The notes below the pieces were generated by a model. That model searched no databases. It was not told the DNA's origin and saw nothing but the letters and a program-made list of their open reading frames with translations. Positions 34,472 to 45,229 of a stretch of DNA of 64,000 nucleotides are shown here, in pieces. Each line of letters begins with the position of its first letter. Within the stretch, counting starts at the first letter, position 1. The position numbers were made by a program, and so were the translations under genes. Location: positions 2,480,001 through 2,544,000 of the forward strand of contig CM059433.1 of the NCBI GenBank assembly GCA_030390025.1, in the 5' to 3' direction. The DNA is from Squalus acanthias (Eukaryota).

Positions 34472-35009
34472 CTTGTTAAATGTGACAGCAGGAATGAAGA
34501 ATGTAGGCGCTCGTACAGTAAAACCCAGCACCACGAGCCGAATGTGTGGCCCTGGAAGCAGTAGAACACGGCATCGGGAGCAGCATGTGTGGAGAGTGGG
34601 CAGGCAGGTGGGGGGGCCACAAGGCATTTAAAGGCCCGGGTTTCATCTGCTTTCTGTCGCTGAGCAGCTCCTCCCAAGCAGGCATTGCGCTGCAGCTTGC
34701 CAGCTCCAGGTCGGTGCCGTGTCAGTCGGTGGCCCAGTCACCCAGCTGGACCGCCGGTTGGTCCTGTGGGGGAGGAGGCGAACATGGATGGGGGCGAGCC
34801 CAGGCCCCTCCTAGGTATGTTTTATAGAATCCCAATCTGAATATTGTAATGAGGCTCCTGCCTAATTCAGGTGGGCGCCAGGGCCGCCCTTGTAAAGGAA
34901 TCGGGCAAAATGGGGGCGAGTGGTAATGGGACGGTAAGTGCTGAACCCCGATTGTGGGACTTCTAGCACCCCATTCCCTCCTGGTGGGCCAAGGGAAATT
35001 TGGCCCCAC

Positions 35010-36960
35010 TGCATACAGGAAGATTTGAATGGCAAAATACAATCACAGCAAGCCACCCGACTTTTACAGCATCCATAAGATCATTGCCCTTGAGGAGGCA
35101 ATGCTGGTGGCAATTGGGAGGAGAGTGGTAGACATCATGGCCATAGGAAGAGCAGGAGACATATCGCCTAGAGATATGTGGCCACTCCAGCTTCCTTACA
35201 CACCCACAACTATTCCTAATCCTTAATCCCCAAAACCTATCCTCATTCACAAGCTCCTTATGGTCTCATCACACACATCCTCCTATAACGGCCATACCCG
35301 CTGCACCCTAACCCTTCTAGCTTTATCATTGCAGGCTCCCATGAGCAAGATCCACATCGCCCCCCCTCCCCCCACCGAGGCAGAGGAGGAGGAGGAGAGC
35401 GAGGAAGAAGGCACTGCGTCAATCGCTACCACTGTCACGGGCACCAGCTCAGAAACCGGCACCATGAGTAACTTAGAGTCTAGGGTAGAACAGGGATCCT
35501 CACAGTGGGACCCACCGGGCACTAGTGGGCAGCACCACGCTGGGTGGAAGAGACATCGCAGGTGCCACCTTGCCGGGGTAGCAAGGCTGCACACTCGTTC
35601 TGCTGTAGAGGAGTCAGATGAGGACCTCGCAGGGCCAAGCTTCAGAAGAAGGCTGATGGGTCTGACAAACCAAATGCAATGGACAGCCTGCCAGAAAGCT
35701 TATGGATCGTGGCTACAGGGATGGAGGAGTCCGCCTCCAGCTTGTCCCGTGGCTTGACGCAGAGCCTGGAACCCATCCTCTCCAGCGTGGAGAGGCTGGC
35801 CAATTCTATCCAGCGACCTGTGGAGTCCAACATCATACCGCGTCTGATGACTGAGGTCACAGCTTCCACTGCAGTCATAGCAGCTTCCATGGAACAGCAA
35901 ACAGCTTCCATGGAACGGTAAAATGCTGCAATGGAAGCCCAAACAGCTTCCATTGCACTACTAGCAACTTCTATGGAACGGCAAAGTTCAGGCATCTGCC
36001 ATGGTGGCTCTGGGCTCCTTGGTTGAAAGGGGCTTGCAGAGTGTCTCAGCTGCCCAGAGATCTGTCCTCCAGCAGATGATTGGGTGGGCTGAACGGATGC
36101 CCCAAGGTAGTGACATGGGAGTCATGGAGCAGGAGCCTACTGGCCTCTCTCAGGATGCCAACATTCCTGCTCCCTCCTCCGCCACTCCACCGTTGCCCTT
36201 TGCAATTGCCAGTCAGCCAGGCGGCCCAGACTGCTCAAGCCCATGCTGAGATGGTGCAGTCTGAGGCAGGGCCATCACGACCCACAGCCTCTCGAGGGCA
36301 TCGCAGGAGGACATCTGAACTGCCCTCTTCAGATTCTCAGCAGCCGTCCACCTCGTGTGCTGCTGCCACTCGGGATGCACTTCGTAGAAGCACCAAAGTA
36401 GGCAAGCGCACTTACACGATAGCCACGAAGGGTGAACGGTTCAATATTTGAAGTGCCGTTGGTTGTGTCATGTTTTCATTGTTAGTTTTTGCTCTCAATA
36501 AAGAGTGATTATGGTAATTAGGTAGTGGTGGAATTGTTGGTCTTTTTTATTGTGTTCTTCATGGGGAAGGGGTTGAAAGTATTGAGTGCAGATGGTGTTT
36601 TCTTGATCGAGCCTCAGTTGTGGAGGGTAAGGCCTGTGGTAACAGTGCTCCGAAGTCTGATGGTGGGTGACGTTTCTCAATTAGATGGTGGCGGGCGATC
36701 CTCGCAGGTGCAGGCTGCCTACCTGTAATTGCAGTGCTAGCCAGCAAAATGGCATGCAGCCTCTTTAATTAGCGTTAAGGGCCAATTTAATTGGTAATCA
36801 GAGACTTAATCATCCTTGGGGTGGCTGTTCCCAGTGCGTGCTTCAACTCCTTTACCAAGATGGTGTCTTTCATTAAAGGCGTGGCTAACCAGGCGTTGCA
36901 GCTCAAGACCCCATCTTGGCCACCTCAGAGGCTGTTTAGCGCCTAAAGTGCCCGGGGAAA
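35010..36960 (+). mobile_element. Degenerate Harbinger Myb/SANT-gene remnant
   Basis: Homologous to 51550-52905 (LPESL..MEES..QSLEP, AGPSRP..RRST). Confidence 0.6.
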
Positions 36961-37512
36961 ATAAACCGCTTTAGGTTTAGTAAAGAAATGAAAATGTTGT
37001 CAGTTCTTCACTAACATTAAAAATATCTAAACACGAAGAGCTCCAAATTGTCTGATCAAAGAACGATACAGATCTGGCAGTGGAAGTCAGCACGGGCAGC
37101 TTGCAGTATCTGTCAAACTGATACCTCCAGTATATCAGAATAAACAGTGTCCATCGCTGGGTATACTGCACTATACAGTATAAAGTAGTACATAAAGTTA
37201 TTTTATAAAGTAGTATTATAATTTTGGGAGAGTATTGATGCTTAACTCTCCTGGATTATTTCATTGTACTGGAGCTTTGTAACTAACTTCAAGGCGCCTG
37301 CGCCTCTCCACAAAGTACACTGAATATGAAATAGATCTTCTCTCCAAAGCAAAACTCTTTGTAATTTTGTCATGCTTTGAAATTAATAATGAACAACTGG
37401 CTTTACTGTACCATTACAAATGGGCAGGTCATTCTTAAAGTTGAGTTCAGGCAGGCTTATCCTTCATCTGCCTACCTTCAATTCCCCAAACAGGAACAGC
37501 CCATAAATTACT

Positions 37513-38730
37513 GTAGCAAAATACTGTGGATGCTGGAAATCTGAAATAACAACAGAAAATGCTGGAAACACTCAGCAGGCCAGGCAGCATCCGTGGAGAG
37601 AGAAACAGAGTTAACGTTTCAGGTCTGGGACCCTTCATCAGAACTGGAAAAAGCTGGAGATGTAACAGATATTAAGCAGGTGCAGAGACAGGGGAAAGCG
37701 GGGTGGTGGGGGGGGGGGGGGGGGGGAGGAACGAACTGCAGGAACATTCTGTGCTGAGGTAAGAGGCAGCAAAGATAAAATGTTGCAAATGGGAATGGCA
37801 AAATCATACAGCATGAAAAATGGGGGCAGGGATTATTGTCTGAAATGTTGAACTCGATGTTAAGTCCGGAAGGCTGTAAAGTGCCTAATTGAAAGATGAG
37901 GTGCTGTTCCTCGAGCTTACGTTGAGCTTCGTTGGAACAGTGTAATAGGCCGAGGACAGAGAGATCAGTGTGGGAGTGGAGCGGAGAATTAAAGTGACAG
38001 GCGACCGGAAGCTCAGGATCACCCTTACGGACTGAACGGAGGTGTTCCATAAAGTGGTCGCCCAATCTGCGTTTGGTCTCCCCAATGTAGAGGAGACCGC
38101 ATCGTGAGCAGCGAATACAGTATACTAAATTGCAAGAAGTACAAGTAAATCGCTGTTTCACCTGGAAGGGGTGTTTGGGGCCCTGAACAGTGGGAAGGGA
38201 GGAGGTAAAAGGGCAGATGTTGCATCTCCTGTGCTTGCACGGGAAGGTGCCAGGCGAAGGGGAAGGGCTGTTGGGGGTGATTGAGGAGTGGACCAGGGTG
38301 TCGCGGAGGGAGCGGTCACTTCGGAATGCTGAAAGGGGAGGTGAGGGGAAGATGTGTTTGGTGGTGGGATCACATTGGAGGTGGCGGAAATGGAGGAGGA
38401 TGATCCATTGAATGTGGAGGCTGGTGGGTTGAAAGGTGAGGGCAAGGGGAACCCTATCGTGGTTCTGGGAGGGAGGGGAAGGGGTGAGAGCAGAAGTGTT
38501 GGAAATGGAATGGACACGGTCAAGGGCCGTGTCAACCACAGTAGAGGGGAATCCTCAGTTGAGGAAAAAGGAAGACATGTCGGAAGCACTGGTATGGAAG
38601 GTGGCATCATCAGAACAGACGCGGCAGAGACGGAGAAACTGGGAGAATGGAATAGAGTCCTTACAGGAAGCGGGGTGGGAGGAAGTGTAGTCCAGGTAGC
38701 TGTGGGAGTCGGTGGGCTTGTAGTGGATGT
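37513..38730 (-). mobile_element. Penelope-like 3' fragment (RT C-terminus, GIY-YIG, pLTR)
   Basis: HYKPTDSHSYL, NLVYCIRCSRCGLLYIGET; close paralogue of 18450-19750. Confidence 0.9.
37608..37645 (-). ncRNA. Minimal hammerhead ribozyme
   Basis: Reverse complement reads AGTT-CTGATGA-A-GGGTC cca GACCT-GAAA-CG-TT-AACT. Confidence 0.8.
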
Positions 38731-38850
38731 TTAGAATCATAGAATCATAGAAAGTTACAGCACGGAAGGAGGCCATTTTGGTCCATCGTGTCCGCGCCGG
38801 CCAACAAAGAGCTATCCAGCCTAATCCCACTTCCCAGCTCTTGGTCCGTT
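38731..38850 (-). mobile_element. CR1 3' tail fragment
   Basis: (atgattct)n tail; matches CR1 3'UTR at 54265-54375. Confidence 0.7.
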
Positions 38851-40935
38851 GCTCGTCCAGTAGTGGCCCGTGGTCCTCTGCACTTTCTGAGAATAATAAT
38901 AGGTCATCCACGTACTGGATCAACTGGCTAGGCTGACTGAAAATCTTTAAAGCATTAGCCATACACTGATGGAAAATCGAGGGACTGTTATGAAACCCTT
39001 GCGGGAGGCACGTCCACGTATACTGTTGCCCTTTGAATGTAAAGGCAAATTTATACTGATCCTCCCATCTTACTGGGATAGACCAGAACCCATTAGTTAT
39101 GTCCAATACAGTGAACATCGTTGCCTCTGCAGGGATATTCCCTATTAGATCGGCTACTGCTGCTACTGTGGGCGCGCATGCTGGAATACCTTTATTGAGA
39201 ACCCGGTAGTCTACCGTGGCTCTCCATGACTGATCGGGCTTCTTAACTGGCCATAGGGGTGAATTTACATGGGTCGCTATCGGCCTCAGTACCCCTTGTT
39301 CCACGAGGGAGCTCAGTGCAGTTTCCATGTCCTCTGCCTCCCGGGGAAAACTATACTGTTTCTGAAGTCGCGACATTGGGTCCCCGTGTACCTCCACCTC
39401 TACCCCCGTTACCCTACCACAGTCATGTCGGTGAGTGGCGAACACTGCGAGATTATTTTTCACATACCCCCGATACCTTTCCGGGGTGCTACGGACTAAT
39501 TGTTCCAAGTCATAGCTACCCTTCGGTTTCATAGTATAGGCGCTACCTTTCACTTTCTCCGCCTTGGGGATAACTGGAACTTCCTCAGGTTTATCTGAAC
39601 CAACTGCCCCCCATAGACAGTGGTTTCTCATATCCACGATCACATAGTGGGCCAGCATAAAATCAGCTCCGAGGACCCCCACGCCGGGCTGATCCCATTG
39701 CATCAGTACGCATTCCCACTTAGTGACAAGGGGTCCTAACCCTATAGACAAAGGTTTCGATACCGCCCCAGCCTGCTCGTTCCCTGTGAAACCCACTAAC
39801 TTAAACGGGACCCTGCTCGACCATGGAGAAGTGGTCGGGTTTGGTGAGTGAACCACCGTACTGGAAGCTCCGGAGTCCACTAGATACTTTCCCCGAACGG
39901 CCTCTACCCTGATCTCTACACAAGGTCTGCCCAACTCATCATAGGTGAGCGGGCACAGGTACTCGGGCTGGGTGCGTCCTAGTCATGGGAGAAGTGGGGG
40001 CGCGCTGGGCTTTTCACTGCATACGGCAGCGTTCAGCTTTCCCTGGTCTTTGCCCATAACCTGCAGTAACGCGGTCACTAGAAGTTCCACCGGGTCTTCT
40101 ACCCTCTCCTTCTCCGCCTCTACTACACGCGAGTTTCACCCTGAGGGACCCCCGTATCCTGGTTTTTCCCTTTTTGGGAACTTGCACTCCCTGTTCCAGT
40201 GTCCCATTCTCCCACAGTTAAAGCACGCCTGGGATCTGTCCACCTTACTCCCCTCCTGCTTCCATTCTTTTCTACCATCCACACTTCCCTTCATCTCGTG
40301 CACTTTTCCCTTTTGTCTATTCTCCTCCCCTCGGTCGGATTTATAAGCCAGAGTCAGTTTCCTTAACACGCCTGGCTCTGTATTATTAACATCTTCGGAG
40401 TCAAACCATGATTCCGCCCCAGCCCTGATCCGTGGCAGGCTGTTAGCCACTAGGGTCCTCAACCAATGATTCCTGGGAGCCCCTAACAACTGTGCTTGGG
40501 CTAGATATAGGGAAGCACATAATCATTCTGCAATGGCCCCTGACCACCGCCTTTTGGGGGTGGACCGAACTTTTGCTGTCGCAGGGGAAACATCGGTCCC
40601 GGTGGTCCCTGTGCTTCGGGAGCCGGTCGAACCTCTCTATACTGGATCCCATCATCGGGCTCCTTTTCCTCCTCATCCCTGTCTACTCCAACCTCCCCTG
40701 GTGTCATGAGACAAACCATACCCCTGGCCCTGGATAATGCTAGGGTCAACTTACGGATTTTTCATTACAGGGCCCGTGATCGGCCTCTTCATGTAGCCGG
40801 TTTTGGCTACCCTGTATGCCACCTTTATATCTTTTAACTGCTCCTCAGCCTTGTCAGCTCCCTCTGCGTTCCTATTACCTTCCTCACGCAGAGCCTGACA
40901 CTGCCTTCTACTTTCGGTGACCTGACATTGCAGGA
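38851..40935 (-). mobile_element. Endogenous retrovirus-like gag-pro-RT remnant
   Basis: Zn knuckle CFNCGRMGHWNREC; protease YLVDSGA; RT SPLWPVKKPD.SWR.TVDYR.LN, LDITNGFWSIP, LPQGFHNSPSIF, YVDDLL. Confidence 0.9.
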
Positions 40936-41017
40936 ACTCTTGTAATGGAATAAGCCATATTCCAAGAAATACATCATCTTATGAAAAGATTTTGATATTA
41001 TTAATACAAGACATACT

Positions 41018-41979
41018 GGGCTGGATTTTCATTGACCCGTGGAGGTGGGTTTGGAGGCGTGTGGGGGGTTAAAATTGTGAAAACTGGCAGGCAGGCACAA
41101 GCCCGCCTCCATCCCGCCTCCACGCAATTTTCATTAAATTGTGTCTGCTGGTTCTGACTCTGTCCCGCCTTTTAGAGGCGGGATAGGCTGTTAAGGTCCT
41201 TAACAAGCACTAAATTGCTTCTATAATGCCATTTTGAAAGGCTTTTGTGATTTTAACCCTTTTTCTACGTGAAGCATGCCTGTTCTGAACCACGAATGGT
41301 GAAACTGGGAGAGACGTAGGTAGGGAGGGACATAGGTAGGGAGGTAGGGAGGGAGGTAGGGAGGTAGGTAGGTAGGTTGGTATAAATATCTGGGAGTGGT
41401 GGTGCAAAAATATCTGGGAGCAGACTTAGGGCTGCTGCTGCTCATTTTGCATCCAGGTCATAGAAACATAGAAACATAGAAACATAGAATCTAGGAGCAG
41501 GAGTAGGCCATTCGGCCCGTCGAGCCTGCTCCGCCATTCAATACGATCATGGCTGATCATCCAAATCCAGTACCCTGTCCCTGCTTTAATCCCCACAGTA
41601 CACATATCCCACCCTACCCCCGTAACCCCACGTATTTAATTCCCCCTAACATATCCCATCCTATCCCCATAACCCCACATATTTAATCCCCCCTAACACT
41701 AAGGGTCAATTTATCATAGCCAAATCAACCTAACCCACACATTTTTGGACCAGGTCCTCTCACAGCAAAGGCCAGGCAGTCTTTGCAGACCTTCAATGCA
41801 GCAGCAATGATGACATCATCAGAGGCGACTTTCAGACTGAAAACACTAATTGGGTCATGGGTTCCCACATGCTGGAACTCAATTGCCCAATTAGGTGAAA
41901 ATCGCATCAATCTCCCACATCCAATTGCAGTCGGGTGGATAACACGACCCCAACCCGCCCCAGTATCAAAATCCAGCCC
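41018..41979. mobile_element. Harbinger-type MITE containing a CR1 tail and a SINE-like fragment
   Basis: TIRs GGGCTGGATTTT / AAAATCCAGCCC, ACT TSD; (GGTA/GGGA)n; (aacataga)n at 41460. Confidence 0.8.
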
Positions 41980-43388
41980 ACTGAGTTTAAAAGTCTGGAA
42001 AGCCTCGGCGACACAGGCTGCAAACACAATACAGGCTTCTGAGATAAGGTGAAGTGTTTACAAAAGCTGTAAAACTACACAAGCTTTGAAATGGGAGATG
42101 GTTGTAAACACAAAAACAATGTCCCTATTGAAGCAAACCATTGGTGCTTCCAGAAGGTCTGGAGTCTGGGAGAAACACAATGGAATGGCCCAAGTAAAGT
42201 GTCAAAATCTAACACATCGAACAGGTGCACAGAACATTAAAAAAACCAAGTGCCTTTGAAAAAATGACATCAAGTAAAAGAAATACCTGCCGTAAAATAG
42301 TTTTATGTTAAACTTAGAAACAGGAAACACGATTAAATATGCAACCAATTGAGATAGCAAGAAAACAAGTAAACACCCTAAGAAAAGTGTTTTTAATTTA
42401 CAAATTGTAAAAGATACCTACAGAGAGGCTTTGAAGATATAATATCAATAGATGACACCAAGCAATTACATTGTGTTTGTATTGAACTTGGAACACCACG
42501 GAGTCACGACGTCTGCTTACAAGCAGTTAAGTAATATTAAGAATTCAATAGAAAGACTTCCTAAGAATGGCATCAAATAGATAAATCAATAATAACCATA
42601 AAAATGATAAGTTTTTGAAACACCTAAAGGTAGAGACAGAATTCTAAAAGTTGGCAGCTGAAATTACAGTAAGAATAGAAAAGAATTCAATAAAGAATCA
42701 CTAGAGATAATTAGCTTACATCAGCAGGAAACTTCAAAGAAAATACCACTAAAAAAAGGTATAAAAATAGAGCTTTTCAGAGAGTCAGAAGTCGCTGAAC
42801 GGGGCAAGCATTTCTCAACTTCACAGGCACGCTCTGTAAGTTTTCAACTCTGAGTCTCGGGTAATCAAGGTATTTGATTTTGGTGGATATTCTGGATTAA
42901 GAAATAAGTAGAAGTGTGGAAATGTAACGAAGTTAAGATTTGAGAATAAGGGTCTCTGATAAGAAATGTAAGCTATTTGTATTTTGAACGGTTAAAGTTG
43001 CGATTGCCATACCAGCTGTTAACTAAATGTCAGTTCTTTAATAAATCTATATATTTTTTAAATTGTCTCAAAGAGTATTTCTGTATCAATCTCGTGAACT
43101 CAATTTCTGTACACTCTTCAGCGAGGAGTTGCAGAATTCTGGGGGTTTTTCCGGACCCTCATAATATCCGAAAGGTTACAGTCTAGTTAAACTTGTTAAA
43201 AGTGCTATCCGGAGGATGGTAACATCTTCAGGCCGTTCCTTTCCTTGAGGGAGAGATAGTCTGAACCTTTAGACCCAATTAAGCGTCTCTAGGATTCGGC
43301 TACCGCTAACTTTAGTTGAAGGTGAACGTCTGGGGAATACGCCTGATCTGGGGTAGCCCGAAATGGGCTAGGACTTGTAATTATCCCT

Positions 43389-43760
43389 TCACTCTAACGT
43401 GTTTCTAGCTGTTCCTTCCTGCGCTTTTCTCTTCTGCCTTTCAAAGCTCAAATCATCTGTCAGCCATTTCACTACGGCCTCTCTCTCTCCTGCCCTACTT
43501 TCTGATTCCGGTTTCTCTTTTCCCAAATGCTCAACTTTCTCTGTGAGCATCTGAATTTGCTTCTGCATACATATTAGCCAAATCGCCTTTTCCTTCGATT
43601 TCTTATGTATACTACTGCATGTCCATGCTACCGCTTTCTCATACGGACTGTCAGAGTGTAACATTTTCCGCACCCAGTGCTTGGAAATGGTTACTTTCCC
43701 AAACACATATGAGGATATCCTATCCTCCATCGTGGGTTTCTTGCACTTAACCCTGTCCAT
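43389..43760 (-). pseudogene. gag N-terminal remnant
   Basis: ATG about 20 nt after the PBS; 123-aa ORF with coiled-coil-like composition. Confidence 0.55.
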
Positions 43761-43781
43761 AATTTTGTTCTAAACTTTGAC

Positions 43782-43799
43782 GTCCTGCCGCGGTCGCCA
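43782..43799 (-). promoter_or_regulatory. Primer binding site, tRNA-Arg(TCG)
   Basis: TGGCGACCGCGGCAGGAC is complementary to the vertebrate tRNA-Arg-TCG 3' end GTCCTGCCGCGGTCG-CCA; it lies just after the LTR end CA. Confidence 0.85.
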
Positions 43800-43804
43800 A
43801 ATTC

Positions 43805-44740
43805 TGTAAGGGGTTTTCTCCGATACTGGTCCCCCGTTACACACAGTTCTTGGACATCAGGATTTATAAGAACAAAATGCACATGGCACAAGGTTTTGGC
43901 TCAACCTTTGATTCGTTGGTTTATTGAACACACGCACACAATTACTTCCCCAGTATAAATCCCTACGATTTATATCAGGCTAACAACCCCAAAATACAAA
44001 CCCCTATGCAAGGGTCATTTGCATCGACACAATAAGACACAGTAAAACCCATCCTCGATTTGACTGTTACATATAAAGTTACCCAGACTCAATCACAAAG
44101 CCCTTATTGTGATCTGACTGAAACTCACAAACTTACTCAGACTCAATCATAAAAGCCCCCTCTTATGATTTGACAGAAACATACAATCACCACTCCCGGT
44201 CGGCTGTCTCTTGGAGTTGATTGTAGGCTCGAATCTTTCTGTTCGCTGTTCTGCCATTGGCTTCCCACACCACTGTCTTCAAAGTGATCTTATTTTAAAC
44301 CAAAACCAACTTGCAATCTTGAAACACATTTCCTGGCCCCCTCCTGAGCATACGATGGCCGTTTCAAAATGTGTGAATTGTCCCTCGTATTGTCCATTGA
44401 TTCGAGATACCTTTCTGACAATGCAACCTTCCAAGGTGATTGCATATGCGAAGTTGTTGGTTTCTGTTAGCATTCGTATTCAAATTGTTCAAGGCCCGGC
44501 CCATTGTCCTAGGCCTGCACTGATACCATGGTCCAAGGTGAACAATGTAACCCCTTAAGGTACATGAATATGCGAATGTTCTTGTTCAGATTTTAGATTG
44601 TCTGTGATCCAGTCGTACTTTTGGCTGCAATGTTTGAATTAACCCTTTATTGCCGAGCCCTTTATGTGGGCTCTGCAGTTCTGGGTTTTTATATTTCATA
44701 GTCCAATTTTTACCGTTGTAGGGGAGAAATGGATCCTACA
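43805..44740 (-). mobile_element. 5' LTR (about 936 bp)
   Basis: On the minus strand it begins TGTAGG and ends CTTACA; AATAAA near 43920; followed by PBS; abuts a CR1 fragment at 44741. Confidence 0.8.
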
Positions 44741-45225
44741 AGACCTCCCCAGAATCCAGGGAATTTTGGTATATTGCAACCAATGCATCCACTATCTCTG
44801 CAGCCACTTCTTTTAAGACCCTTGGACGCAGGCCATCTGGTCCAGGGGACTTGTCGTCTTTTAGTCCCATTATTTTACCAAGTACTATTTCCTTAGTGGC
44901 CATGATGCGGAGATGCCGGTGTTGGACTGGGGTGAACAAAAGTGAGAAGTCGCACAACACCAGGTTATAGTCCAACAGTTTTATTTGAAATCACAAGCTT
45001 TCGGAGCTGCTGCCCCTTCGTCAGGTGACGAAGGGGCAGCAGCTCCGAAAGCTTGTGATTTCAAATAAAACTGTTGGACTATAACCTGGTGTTGTGCGAC
45101 TTCTCACTTATTTCCTTAGTGATAGTGATTGTCTTTGGTTCCCCCCTCCCTGTGGCCCCTTGATTATCCATTATTGGGATGTTGTTAGTGACTTCTACCG
45201 TGAAGACAGATACAAAATATTTGCT
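44741..45225 (-). mobile_element. CR1 ORF2 internal fragment interrupted by a hammerhead element
   Basis: KSPGPDGLRPRVLKEVAAEIVDAL. Confidence 0.8.
44899..45108. mobile_element. Non-coding hammerhead-bearing retroelement, copy 3 (palindrome)
   Basis: TSD TATTTCCTTAGTG (44886-44898, 45109-45121); 84-bp perfect arms; intact HHR 44991-45028 (-). Confidence 0.85.
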
Positions 45226-45229
45226 CATG

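Noticed and set aside
38555..39934. 459-aa ORF as a retrovirus-Penelope fusion protein
   Set aside because: Chance read-through from a truncated ERV RT across a CR1 tail into a Penelope fragment; the junctions coincide with element boundaries
25170..44740. One single provirus spanning both retroviral remnants
   Set aside because: Each remnant has its own, different gag Zn knuckle
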